Below are positions 23,441 through 35,312 of a stretch of DNA of 64,000 nt, one piece after another. Below the pieces are notes generated by a model. It saw only the letters and a program-made list of their open reading frames with translations, made no database searches and was not told the DNA's origin. A program made the translations under genes and the position numbers. This DNA comes from Albugo candida (taxonomy: Eukaryota): the NCBI GenBank assembly GCA_040437565.1, contig JBDOQK010000011.1, positions 372,001 through 436,000 on the forward strand, written 5' to 3'. The stretch's first letter is position 1. Every line of letters starts with the position of its first letter.

Positions 23441-24943
23441 TCAGATTATATTCTCAGACTTTAAGACATTTAAAGCTTTAAACATGTTAAGCTGTCCGTA
23501 TCCGTAATCGTTATTGGGATACATTGTTGCGTTCGACGCTGATCCGCACGGTATAGAGGGGGACTTGAGGAGAGAGGAATCAGCAGAGTGTTGCAACACT
23601 CTTCGAACTTGCGATAAGGTCAATTGTGGGAATATTCCGAGCAGAATTGCGATGGCTCCTGATACCTGAGGCGCTGCTGCGCTAGTACCTTGGAAGACAA
23701 AAAGCTGAGATGCGGATCCCTCTGTGCTATCTGCAGCTATAATATCCTCGCCTGGAGCACAAAGATCAGGTTTAAGTGCTCCATTTTCGCCGGGTCCTCG
23801 TGCACTATAATCAGCTAACTGATTCTTTCGATTGATTGCCCCGACAGAAATGGCATCCGCGTATTCAGATGGTGAGCTCACACTTCCACATGATGGTCCT
23901 CCGTTTCCCATCGAGAAGACCGGAATAATACCTGCATCAATCCACTTCTGTAAAACTGTGGCAAAATACTTTTGTCCCTTTTCGTCGTTCCAGCTATTAT
24001 TTATAATTCGGGGCGCACGATCAGAGCAATTGTTTATGGACCCATTTATATCTGGAGGACATAACATGAATTCTGCGCATTTGAGTAAGCTTGCCTCAAG
24101 ACAACCGTCAATATCACAAGCCCGACAAGCCATCCACTCCACGCCTGGCGCGACTCCGATTCCATTACTACCTGCTATGACACTAAGAACTGCTGTTCCA
24201 TGACCATAATCATCGTACGGTGTAGTTTTGGAAGATATGGCATCCAGCCACCCATAATCTTTTAAGAAGTTGTCTTTCAAATTAGGATGTGTAGCCATTG
24301 CACCAGAATCAATCACGCCGACACGAACTTTTGAGCCATTATAGCCCAGATTCCACAATTCAGACACTTTGATTTTTTCAATGTGCCACTTAGTGTCTCC
24401 ATCAAACAATGACGTATCCAATTGGGTATAAAGAGAATTATACTGCGAGGTAAAACGATTCTTTTCCGATTTGAGCGAGCGATAAGAATGCCCTCGGCCG
24501 AGCAAAGATTCTCTTGTCGCGTCATTTCGATTGTTTATCTTCCGTTCTTGACGAATACTTGCAATTTGAGAATTTGTACGCAGCTTTTCAATAACGTTTT
24601 TAGTAGCGTTACGAACATGAATCTGATTTGTAATCCAAAAGCTTGACGCGTGCATATCATTTTTTCTCAATTCCTCAATCACTGAGTCATGCATTTTATC
24701 AACAGACAACTTTATCTCCCGTATCATTAACGTAATTGGGTCGGAGAGGACATTTTCGCGGCAGAGTGATCCGCATTTAAATTTCTCTGTTCTTTCGACT
24801 GCAGTATCCCTGTCAATGAACGATATGATTATGCTCACGTTCGTACAAACTTCAGAAAGTTCCAGTAATTCAGGTTCGACAAAAACGGCGTCATTATCCA
24901 ACAAAAGGCCCGCAATAATGAAAAAAATTGAGAGCATACACAT
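23441..24943 (-). CDS. Secreted subtilisin-like serine protease (S8A)
   Basis: Hydrophobic N-terminus, prodomain, catalytic D (VGVIDSG), H (HGTAV), oxyanion N (SMGNGG), S (GTSAAAP); C-terminal YGYGQLN. Confidence 0.92.
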   Translation of the reverse strand: MCMLSIFFIIAGLLLDNDAVFVEPELLELSEVCTNVSIIISFIDRDTAVERTEKFKCGSLCRENVLSDPITLMIREIKLSVDKMHDSVIEELRKNDMHASSFWITNQIHVRNATKNVIEKLRTNSQIASIRQERKINNRNDATRESLLGRGHSYRSLKSEKNRFTSQYNSLYTQLDTSLFDGDTKWHIEKIKVSELWNLGYNGSKVRVGVIDSGAMATHPNLKDNFLKDYGWLDAISSKTTPYDDYGHGTAVLSVIAGSNGIGVAPGVEWMACRACDIDGCLEASLLKCAEFMLCPPDINGSINNCSDRAPRIINNSWNDEKGQKYFATVLQKWIDAGIIPVFSMGNGGPSCGSVSSPSEYADAISVGAINRKNQLADYSARGPGENGALKPDLCAPGEDIIAADSTEGSASQLFVFQGTSAAAPQVSGAIAILLGIFPQLTLSQVRRVLQHSADSSLLKSPSIPCGSASNATMYPNNDYGYGQLNMFKALNVLKSENII

Positions 24944-25287
24944 TGCATTTCCCTCTTGTCAAATGACATGCATAAAGTGCACCTAATAGGAAGCTATGAC
25001 ACGTACGTATACCGTCCTATGATTGATACAATGTTTCTATCGAATGTCATCCCGACTGAACACCTGTCAGGACTCAGCATGCAACAGGCTGATGCTTCAA
25101 ACTACCGTATATTGCATATTTCANNNNNNNNNNNNNNNNNNNNNNNNNNNNNNNNNNNNNNNNNNNNNNNNNNNNNNNNNNNNNNNNNNNNNNNNNNNNN
25201 NNNNNNNNNNNNNNNNNNNNNNNATTGCATATTTCAATATCCCTTCACCACATGCGATCTTGAAAGGTCACGAAATCCAAGTATTCG

Positions 25288-27611
25288 ATGGCTCCGAAAA
25301 AGTCGAATTCATCATCGCCCATCAAAAGAAAAGGAAAAGACTCAAGGCCAACTGCAGCAACGGAATCAAAAGAATCCAAAGATCTGCATGTGGATGCTGT
25401 ATCAGGAGCACAACAGGATCATGACGATATCGATACGTATCAAGAGCCTGTACTTATATGTGATCGATCGCTTATGAACGTTCCTGACTCATATAATGAA
25501 CTTTAGATAAAGAGAGTTGTCATTCCTAAGAATCAACTAAAACTCACGGAAGCCGAATTACGAGAAGAGTTCTCTCGGTGCGTACCAATGTCGTTTGAAG
25601 ACTCAAACTGAACGCTCTCTTTCTCAGTGTTCTGACCGCAAATGACCCGAACATACCCAACAACGTAACAAAATACAGCTATAAAGAGCGTGTCTACAAG
25701 ATAGACCCACCAGGTCCTGGCGATCATCTGTGCATCTTGTACTCAGCCGATGGTAGCCTTATCCATAAAGATAGTGAAGAAGCAAAATTACAGGCTTCGT
25801 TAGAGCAGAAGAAAGCCGACGAGGAACGTGAAGCTCGAGAGACGGCTATAAAGCAAGCCAAAGAGGAGGCGGAAGCCAAAGGAGAGAAATTTGATACAGC
25901 TTCTCTTCACTTTGAAACGGGGAAAAATCAATTTAATTATAGTGAGCGAGCTGCTCAAACATATACAAATCCACTTCGAAATCGCTCGGTAGAGACAGAA
26001 CCACCTTCGGTCATCAATTTGACAGGTACTTTAACTCAATGGGAAATTTATGACACTTTTATGGACGCTTTTCAGAATCAGCAAAGAGAGCAAATACAGT
26101 TGCAGAAGGTGGTACAGAGGAGGGAAAAAGAAGAAAACAGTGCAGATATTGGAGGCTCGCAAGCCGGGGCATCCACAGCCGTGTCCTCAGTAGCAACGAA
26201 TCTGCCCTCCAGTTCTATCTCTTCTGAGAACAAAGCGCGAATGGATGATATGGTGTACTCTGCAGGAATGAGCAAAACGCTGAGAATCGTCGCTCGAATG
26301 TTGAATCAGAATGCTGAGGATGAGATATTCGAAGATTTCAAGTACTGGGAAGATGCAAGTGACCAGTTTCGTGAAGGTGAAGGATCTCTTCTTCCACTGT
26401 GGAGATTCTCCAGCGATCGTTCCCGGAAGAAGCAAGTCACAGCTGTGTGCTGGAATCCTCGATTCAGCGATTTATTTGCAGTGGGGTATGGCTCCTATGA
26501 TTTCTTGAAACAAGGTTCTGGGGTAGTTTGCTGTTACTCGCTCAAGAATTCTTTCCATCCCGAGTACACATTCACGACAGAATCTGGGGTCTTCTGCCTT
26601 GACTTTCATCCCCAGCATGCAGCGCTTCTTGCTGTGGGATGTTATGATGGATCGGTTCTTGTTTACGATGTACGAAACAAAGCGAACAAGCCAATCTATG
26701 TCTCCACTATCAAAACAGGGAAGCATACAGACCCAGTCTGGCAACTTATATGGCAAGAGGAAGATATTTCCAAAGAGCTGTCTTTCTATTCGATATCTAC
26801 GGATGGGCGGGTAGCGAACTGGATTATGAGCAAGAACGAGCTCAAGATGGAGCCTATGATGCAGCTTAAAGTTGTCTCAATGGGTAAAGACGATCCTAAG
26901 GATTCAACGCTTTCAGGTCTCGCGGGAGGCTGCTGCTTTCATTTCAACAAATTCACCGAACATTTATTTATCGTCGGAACAGAGGAAGGAAAACTTCACA
27001 AATGCTCCAAAGCATATTCCGGGCAGTATTTAGAGACATTTATCGGTCATCATATGGCCGTATATTCAGTGCAATGGAATCCATTCCATGAACGCATTTT
27101 CATATCGTGTAGCGCAGATTGGACTGTCAAATTGTGGGATCATTGCGTACCGAGTCCGATCATGTCCTTTGATCTGGGTAATGCTGTTGGTGACGTAAGT
27201 TGGGCGCCATATTCTTCCACGGTGTTTGCAGCTGTCACAAGCGATGGAAAAGCACACATTTTTGATTTGATAGAGAACAAAAACGAGCCTCTCTGTGAGC
27301 AAAAAGTGGTCAAGCGAGCAAAGCTCACAAAAGTTGCTTTCAATTTACAAGATCCCATCATACTTGTTGGTGATGATAGAGGAGGAGTAAATTCGCTCAA
27401 ACTTTCACCGAATCTTCGAAAATACACCCCCGCCGAAGAAGAAAACTCCAGCTCTACGAGTCCAGCCAAGTTGAGCTCGGCGCGAACAGCAGTAAATGAT
27501 AAAAGTGCCACCTCAAAACTTTCAATCAGCGATACGAAGAACACCAAGGCTCGATATAAGCTGGAATATGATAAGATGGAAAACCTTTTGAGCTCCATTG
27601 ACAGTTTGTAA
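25288..27611 (+). CDS. DNAI1: Axonemal outer-arm dynein intermediate chain (DNAI1/IC78-like)
   Basis: Spliced 5' exons (PKNQLKLTEAELREEFSR|VLTANDPNIP) then KNQFNYSERAAQT, FKYWEDASDQFR, LLPLWRF, DLFAVGYGSYDF, KHTDPVWQ, VGTEEGKLHKCSKAYS WD40 region. Confidence 0.93.
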
Positions 27612-27751
27612 GACTTAGATCATTGATTGAAATGATGCGAAGCGCAGGCATTTTCACATTAATCGTATCTGAGGTTTCAAACGCGTCTTACGGGTAACGT
27701 CACACGTGTGAGTCTGAGTACGATATCGGACAGTGATCAGGGCATTGGCTC

Positions 27752-30700
27752 CTAGTTGACGCCAAAATCATCCTGGATGAAGCTAGCTAAGTCGGTGAGT
27801 GTGAGCGTCACGTTTGCGTCTGTGTCACAATTCGAGTGGTATCCAATGCTCTCCAAAACCGAATCAACTTTGAGCCTACTGCGGAGAATAGTACCAACGA
27901 ATTTGTTTTCACTATGTCTTCCCAGAACTTCAATACAGAGCATCAGAGCATCTAAATCATTCAAAAGAAACGTTTCTCCCATCCATTCGACACTTACTTG
28001 AAGAACATTGTGCGGTGGGGATAGAAACGATGCATTCATCACAAGATCTGGCCATTCATCCATAGATGAGCCATTTGAATGCGTATGACGTATCATTCCA
28101 ACTCTGAGATGTTCATCAGTATCATTTGCGAGTAGCGCCAGAACGAGAGGAATTGGAAGACTTGACTTGAAAATGAAATCTTTTGCGCCTTGGTGTCGGC
28201 TTCTTTCAATGTCATCTGTAGTGACCGGTAGGCTTCCTACTTGAGAGTACGATTTGACCGCGTCGTTGTGCTCATGTGCAAACCATACTTGTTTTTCTGC
28301 GGATGACATTATGCTATATATCACACCAACCAAATCAGAAGGAGAAAACGTGCATCCGCGCGCGTCTTGAATCGATACATGAAGGATTGCTTCTCGACGG
28401 GTGTAGATCTCATTGTAGCGCCTAACAATCTCTTCACACAATTCGTGAATCGATTTATTTGGGCTGATGGGAATAGCAAGTCTCTTTCCTCCGATTTGAA
28501 CCGAAATTCGAAGGATCGATGGAAGATTGAGGCTGGCGATACTTTCTTCATTTGAGAGTTGTTGTTTTCGCTCGGAGTTCTCTTCGCTCGGAACCGTATC
28601 CGATGGTGTCAATTCTGATGGAAAAGAATCGACTATCGTTTCCTTCTCGATATCATTCAAATCGCTATCAGCATTATGCACTGGCATACTTGCAAGCCTC
28701 TGATCGCTCGACTTGAGTATACCACTTCCACTTCTCAGCGATATGTCTCCGTTCGCTGAGGAATGCCGAGATACGAATTGCTGCAAGGTTGTCGTAGCTG
28801 ATCTGGGTGACAAGGTGCCGAGCATTTTAGCTGCAGATTGTTTTCCATGCTTCGCCATTCCCGTCATCTCTTCTTTGAGCACAGAAGCTCGATTTCCAAA
28901 TCGTTTCAACTCTTCGACTACATTTTTTGAATTCAAACTAGCTGCAAAATCCTCAATACGAGAAGCTGTATTGTCGAATAGCTCAACCGCAACACGAGAT
29001 GGTCTCATATCGGATCGATTGGCTTGTTTGTGCGTTTCTGTCATTGGATGTTCAGACCCATTTCGTTGGAAGTGTTGTTCTTTTAATGTCGCTGACAAAT
29101 GCATTTTCCGCCAGCGCCACATATTTTGTATTATTTTTGCGGCTGTGTGCTGGCGACTTTTCCTTTTCGAAAGTCTAGCCGATATGAAAGCCAGTGTGAC
29201 ATTACGCTTCGAAATACTTTTACAGGAAGGAGTCTGAAGCAGTGAGCGCATCTGTGTGTTCCACTGTATAGCCATGTGCCCTTGTTGATTGTCAGCTACC
29301 ATTTCGACTTGGCGGAATTGACTTTTTATTCGTGCATCTCGGGACGCATTTCTATCTCCAGATATCAATAACGTATACTCTAGCACTCGAATGCGCAAGA
29401 CAAGCATGAACATAACCATACCGATGATCGAAGTCCCATCTTTGCCAAATACAGCCCAGAATCTCGACCATGACGTCTTGAAGCGCTCTTGTATCAAAAA
29501 TTGGTACCCTTCTGGGTCTAATTGAATACGAAGTCGCTCTATTGCCACATTTAATGCGAATTGGGAACGGCAATGGATACAAACGTTTTGCCCGCTTGAA
29601 AAGGAAGCTCGAAGGTTCAAATTGTCAATTTCAAAGTAAGTCTCAAGACCTTTCTTCAAATCCTGAGACTGAAATACGAAATGTCTGATATCCGCAAATA
29701 CGTTTTCTGGGATGCAAGCTAACACGGAATCATTCTGAACGTGAAGATCTTTGCTCCGTGCTTGGCAGTTGCATCCAGAAATGACACATTCTAGCATCTG
29801 AAAGGCCAGCGGGAGGATCGGAACAAACAGAGCTTCACCAAAAAACTCTTTTAACTCAGTGTTGATCGTGCAGCCTGAAGCGTTGATGCAGAATCGTCGG
29901 GTTGTCTCTCTTTGACTTTCATGGTCTTGGCACATAAGCTGATAAATGCTCGAGAAAATAAAATTGTCGAGTTGGATTTCTATTTCGTGTAGAGCAAGTT
30001 TGAGATGAAGCTGATGAAACACAGTACTTCCTATTCTGTGTTTCACCGATTTCTCCGAGCTATCTGGAGGCGTGCAAATGTGTATATCGATGGTTTCAAG
30101 CGGGATTTTGCATCCGCAAATTCCGCATACGATGCTTGCTGCTTGTTCCTTCTCTTGGAACGCATGATATAACTTGTTCAAAACACGAGCAAATTTCTTC
30201 TGAATGGAGCATTTCACTTGTTGGATCGAGCATTGTATCACCCAATTCCGACGTGTCTGACGGAACGACAAAACATCACAATCAGGCTTGCACGTGAACA
30301 CACGCTCCGATCCTTCATAGTCTATGGTCATCTCGCTAAATGTGAGTTGTATCTCGCATGAGCCATCCAAAAAGAGAATAAAATTCATGACTGCTCGATC
30401 AATAGTCCATTTCAGATTTTGTGCTCCCAGAGTATCATCTTGGAACGAAAGATTGAGAGATAGAGAACCGCGTATGGTGATCTGATGTCTAAATGTTGAC
30501 AAATTTGATTCTAAATCATCCTCACTTTTGGTCGCTATTTTGAAGCCAGAGTCTTCTGTATCCTTTACATTGTCGCTGTCATTGTTAAGTGCTTTGGCTG
30601 CTTCTGTATCAGACTCGTGGTGTGTTTTAAGACGCAAATCCTGAAACCAAGGAAGTAAAACATGAAAAGCAGTATACATTCCAATGAGCTCGTTCAGTTT

Positions 30701-31610
30701 CAATTCACATGTTATTGAATCCAAGATAATATCGTAAACATCAGAGAGCACATTCCAAGATTGCTGCTTGGATGCACGATTCTCAAAGACTGTATGGCGA
30801 ATGCTAATCGGGTGATGGTTGAGTGGGCACAACCATGTATTGGTAGACTGAGAACCAGCCTGGAAAGTGTTGGACTGCATCGAGTCCATGATGAAGACAC
30901 TACACGTAAATGAGATGAATTTGAACCGAGTCTTCAGTAGCCGATCAGGTGATCGATCAAGACACGATGTAAGATCCTTGAGGTCCTGCCACAACGAGTT
31001 ACTAGTTCGAGCGTGAAACTCCTGCAGATGTAATTTAAAGCACTCTTGTCCTTTCACAATCAAACGGACTCGTATTGATTTGGCAAAGACCTCGATCCGC
31101 TCGCTAATAATATTGGAAAGCTGATACCAGGACGCGATGGAGCCAAGCGGATCGGCTTCTAGACTAACTGAGCCTAGATTTATGCCATTGGAAGACTTGG
31201 GAGACTTCTCGACATTATCTACCACATTTTCCAGCTTGCTTTGCACGTCAACAGACAGGTCCTCGATCCGGATACTTAATCCTTGCTGCAGGAATCTATC
31301 AGCTGCTGTCCAAGACGGAACATGTATTGTAAGCTGTTGGCAAAACGCCCGACTGATGCAGAGCGCATCTGATAATTTAATTAGTGAACTTATTCGTTCT
31401 GTCTTAAATGCTGCAGTCAAATGGATTTGTGATTAACTGTCAAACTGTTAGCAGAAAGTGTGAGTACGCACATATTTGCTGGAGCGTAAAGAAGCTTCTT
31501 GTGAACGTTTTGGATGTGAAGTCTTTTGGTAACATATCAATATGAAAATCATCAATCCAATGTTCAAGCTGCTTCCGCAGATACTCCTTGATCATTACAA
31601 TCGTCGCCAT
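27752..31610 (-). CDS. Large protein with chorein-N/BLTP3(UHRF1BP1)-like N-terminus, C2HC knuckle, IQ-like motif and ubiquitin-like domain
   Basis: Probable first exon from ATG 31610 (MATIVMIKEYLRKQLEHWIDDF) spliced to the 1222-aa ORF. LCISRAFCQQLTIHVPSW and RTSNSLWQDLKDL resemble BLTP3 N-terminal motifs; also CGICGCKIPLETIDIHIC and AAKIIQNMWRWRK. Confidence 0.55.
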
Positions 31611-31870
31611 AGACCCGAAAAGACACAGATATGATCTAAATTGGGGTACAAGCAGAAGAGAGCCTCGATTGTTGAGCTAGGATGAGACTCATGCCAGGAA
31701 ATATCATAAATTTTCACCACAAAGTTTCTATGCATTTTGTAATTTATCTGGGCACATCACATTAACTGCTTGCGCAAATCGATGCGACTGAATCACTGAC
31801 CCTCGATCCTTTTTGGCTGGAGACTTCAATCTTGACGCTTTCCATTGGTTATGACAAATTATATCGCAAC

Positions 31871-33253
31871 TTAAGAAAAGCGCTTGGCACAGATCGCAGA
31901 TGCCCCAAGTTCATGGTATTCGCTGCCTGATACCCATAACTGCTGGAAGGATCCTAGAGACGCTAGGATCGAGCCACCGATAAAGGTGCTGAATCGACGC
32001 TCTACTTTCATCATGTTGAGAAATCGGATTTTGAAACTACTGGCAATCAAGCCTGAGAGCTCTGTGTGAAGACGCTCCATCAGGCCAGGCAATAAACTTC
32101 CGCCGCCACAAAGAATGATACTGTTGAGCATATCTCTGCGCAGATCAGCATCACACTTTTGTACCGCGTCATAGACCATGGCTGGTAGTGACAGTGGGCT
32201 CTTTGGATAGGTCTTGCATCCCGTTTGTGATGATGGTTCTTGCATATCGGTATCTTCTTTCTTAATGTCGACATTTTCATTGCCGTTCGGCGCTGACAAT
32301 AGGGTGGAAGGTGAGAAGAAGAGTTCCGGAGCCAAATGACACTCTTTACTCAGAATGAGTCGCGTACCATCAGGCAATTCATACTCTTGTTTCTGCAGAA
32401 TGTGTTCGTTTTGTTGAATTGTCTCGAATGCGTTACTCATCGGGTAAACAGAGCACACTGTTTCACGTATATCCCGTAATACTTCCATTTTCATATAATC
32501 TGCATACGTTTCCGGCACTTTGCTCAACAATTCTTGTGGTTTCATCACCGCTTGTATCCGCCCCATTTTCGAGTCAAGATTATTTTGGAAACAGTACCGT
32601 GGTCGAATTTCTATCGAAGGATGCGTTGTTGTAAGCAGTTGCTCAAGATGCTTGGACATTTGGGTCAAGCTGAGAGCGGAAGAGAACTGCGCGGGTCGAT
32701 GTAAGGCATACCCATCAAAAACAGGAACGACCCGAGCAGCACCTGCGCCAATTTCGACAACCAAAGCGCAAGATCGACCAAATGCAAATGCATCTAAAAC
32801 AGCATCTTCTGCGAGGTAGAACGCCGGTACATCAAATTTCTCAAACATGAGCTCAAGATACTTTTCAGATGTTTCCATCTTTTCTGTATGTGACCCTCCC
32901 GTGCCAGATCCAAAAGGAGCAGACAGAGTTGCAGCTAGAACTGGGTGATTTCGCGGGTCTATATGGAGATTTGTGAATGCGTAATTCCATATTTTCTCCA
33001 TAGCATCCCAATTTTTTATAGCGCATGCGTCTATCGGTCGACGCAGATCCCAAACAGGATCCGAGTGTGGTGACGAGATAAAGTCGCCAATTACGTAAGA
33101 AGACGGAATCTTTTTTCTGTCAGAAACATTGGAAGGATATCCTAATATAGACGGAACAACCACTGGTGGTGTATCTTCTCCAGCAAGTCCAAATTTACTA
33201 CATTCAGAGCCGACATCGCCGACGATCGCGTCCACATCTTCGCCGCAATACAT
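31871..33253 (-). CDS. ARP4: Nuclear actin-related protein 4 (BAF53/ACTL6-like)
   Basis: MYCGEDVDAIVGDVGS...GLAGEDTP, ELMFEKFDVPAFYLA, YELPDG, ERRFSTFIGGSILASLGSFQQLWVS (Arp4-type C-terminus). Confidence 0.9.
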   Translation of the reverse strand: MYCGEDVDAIVGDVGSECSKFGLAGEDTPPVVVPSILGYPSNVSDRKKIPSSYVIGDFISSPHSDPVWDLRRPIDACAIKNWDAMEKIWNYAFTNLHIDPRNHPVLAATLSAPFGSGTGGSHTEKMETSEKYLELMFEKFDVPAFYLAEDAVLDAFAFGRSCALVVEIGAGAARVVPVFDGYALHRPAQFSSALSLTQMSKHLEQLLTTTHPSIEIRPRYCFQNNLDSKMGRIQAVMKPQELLSKVPETYADYMKMEVLRDIRETVCSVYPMSNAFETIQQNEHILQKQEYELPDGTRLILSKECHLAPELFFSPSTLLSAPNGNENVDIKKEDTDMQEPSSQTGCKTYPKSPLSLPAMVYDAVQKCDADLRRDMLNSIILCGGGSLLPGLMERLHTELSGLIASSFKIRFLNMMKVERRFSTFIGGSILASLGSFQQLWVSGSEYHELGASAICAKRFS

Positions 33254-33350
33254 TTCAAGTTTACAGGGCTACTATTACATCAGACACGGTAGTCAACAAC
33301 AACATCTTTGTATAGTATACAAAAGAAAGTGTAAGAATCATTCCCCCTTG

Positions 33351-34745
33351 ATGACTATGGCCGAAGAAGAGAAATTGTCGTTTGATTGGCTTCCTGACGG
33401 CTGTGAGAGCCTTGCGGATGGTGAATACGATGCTATTGTACTTGGAACCGGTTTGAAAGAGTGTATACTAAGTGGTTTGCTTGCTGTAAACGGTAAAAAA
33501 GTGTTACATTTGGATCGGAATTCGTACTACGGCGGTGATTGTGCTTCACTAAATCTGGCCAATCTGTATGAAAAATACAAACCGGGGACCAAACCTCCCT
33601 CAGAATTAGGATCAAGTCGCGACTATAACATCGATCTGATTCCCAAATTTATCATGGCTTGCGGCAAATTGGTAAAGATGTTGCTGCACACAAAAGTGAC
33701 CCGATACTTGGAATTCAAGAATGTGGATGGAAGTTATGTGGTCAAAAATGGAAAAAGCTACAAAGTACCTGCCACCGGAGAAGAAGCATTGCGTTCTTCG
33801 CTGATGGGAATTTTTGAAAAACGCAAATTCCGAAAACTTATTTTGTACATTTATAATTATGAAGAAGATAACCCAAAGACCTTTGAAGGATTGGATTTGA
33901 AAAAACAACCAATGTCTCAAGTGTACGAGAAATTTGGCGTGGATGCGAACACACAAAGCTTTATGGGGCATGCGATGGCGTTATGGACAGACGATCGTTA
34001 TCTGGGAAAACCAGCTATTGAGACAATTCGAGCGATCAAATTGTATGCTTACTCGCTCGAAAGGTATGGAAAATCACCGTATCTATATCCGATATATGGA
34101 CTCGGTGGGCTTCCAGAAGGATTCTCTCGATTATGTGCTATCCATGGAGGCACTTTTATGCTGAATCGTGGTGTGGACGAAATTCTCTACGATGCTACTG
34201 GACGAGCTTGGGGAATCAAATGTGGCAACGAAGTCGCAAAAGGAAAACTACTAATCGGAGATCCGTCTTACTTTGACAACGAAAAAATGACGCTGACTGG
34301 AAAAGCTGTGCGATCGATCTTCATTTTGGATCATCCTATTCCAAACACGAACGATGCAGAAAGTTTGCAAATTATCATTCCAGCAGCTCAAGCAAATCGT
34401 CAAAACGATATCTATGTCTGCATGGTGTCATACGCACACATGATCGCAGCAAAAGGAATGTATGTTGCCATTGTAAGCACAGTGGCCGAAACCGCGGACC
34501 CATTGAGCGAGATTGCTCCCGGAGTCAGTTTACTAGGTCCTTTTCTCGATCGCTTCGACTCGGTTTCCGATATGTATGAGCCAATTCAAGACGGATCTAA
34601 TGACAATTGTTACATCAGCGCATCCTATGACCCTACAAGTCACTTCGAGACCACTTCGGAGGATGTTTTGAGTATGTACAAGCGCATCACCGGGGAAGAG
34701 TTGGATATGAGCATCAACGCAGACACAACGGATGCGGACCAGTGA
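33351..34745 (+). CDS. GDI1: Rab GDP-dissociation inhibitor
   Basis: EYDAIVLGTGLKECILSGLL...KKVLHLDRNSYYGG, RDYNIDLIPKF, YGKSPYLYPIYGLGGLPEGFSRLCAIHGG, SYDPTSHFETT. Likely start is ATG 33351 or 33357 rather than 33129. Confidence 0.97.
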   Translation: MTMAEEEKLSFDWLPDGCESLADGEYDAIVLGTGLKECILSGLLAVNGKKVLHLDRNSYYGGDCASLNLANLYEKYKPGTKPPSELGSSRDYNIDLIPKFIMACGKLVKMLLHTKVTRYLEFKNVDGSYVVKNGKSYKVPATGEEALRSSLMGIFEKRKFRKLILYIYNYEEDNPKTFEGLDLKKQPMSQVYEKFGVDANTQSFMGHAMALWTDDRYLGKPAIETIRAIKLYAYSLERYGKSPYLYPIYGLGGLPEGFSRLCAIHGGTFMLNRGVDEILYDATGRAWGIKCGNEVAKGKLLIGDPSYFDNEKMTLTGKAVRSIFILDHPIPNTNDAESLQIIIPAAQANRQNDIYVCMVSYAHMIAAKGMYVAIVSTVAETADPLSEIAPGVSLLGPFLDRFDSVSDMYEPIQDGSNDNCYISASYDPTSHFETTSEDVLSMYKRITGEELDMSINADTTDADQ

Positions 34746-34934
34746 TGTGTTTTCACTCGGAATTCGCGATCCCGGCTAGCGACGAGTTTCATTAATCTTT
34801 AAATACATGGAGTGCACAAAAGCGTTTTTTATCAGCTATTCTCAAATTCTATTCTCTGTAGCGCAATTGTCTATTTCAAGCTCCCATGCGACCAAGTCAA
34901 AGTGCTTGATCTCATTATCGAAAACGCGTTTGTC

Positions 34935-35312
34935 ATGACACGGGGAAGCTATCAACCGTCTCAAAATGTCGACAACTTTTTGCGTGAGAAGCCCAGTACT
35001 CGCCGACATCAGCCTCCAGGAGGTGGGTCTTCTGTTGGCTCTTTGATATACGGAGGCAGCACAGAGAGTTCTTTTGCTGGACATAATGCTTTCTATCTAC
35101 GGCGTAAAGAGGACAGGCCAGAATACAATGCTGTACTATCGGCTAGGAACACGAGTCAGCAGAATCAACTGGTCACAAGGAATCGACAAGATATATCTTC
35201 GAATCAGTATGCATCAGGTCCCAATCAGAATGTTGGTAATGTGCTCACAGATCGTCGAACGACTCGCGTGCATGCTCCTCCTGGTGGAGTGTCCTCGATT
35301 GTGCTAGGATAG
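34935..35312 (+). CDS. SPIRAL1-like small protein with two PGG motifs
   Basis: EKPSTRRHQPPGGGSSVGSLIYG and SNQYASGPNQNVGNVLTDRRTTRVHAPPGGVSSIVLG resemble the SPR1 C-terminal motif (GQNxGNFxTDRPSTKVHAAPGGGSS). Confidence 0.7.
   Translation: MTRGSYQPSQNVDNFLREKPSTRRHQPPGGGSSVGSLIYGGSTESSFAGHNAFYLRRKEDRPEYNAVLSARNTSQQNQLVTRNRQDISSNQYASGPNQNVGNVLTDRRTTRVHAPPGGVSSIVLG

Noticed and set aside
33129-33350. N-terminal extension of GDI overlapping ARP4 antisense
   Set aside because: Starts at TTG (not a normal eukaryotic start); GDI similarity begins only after ATG 33351/33357.
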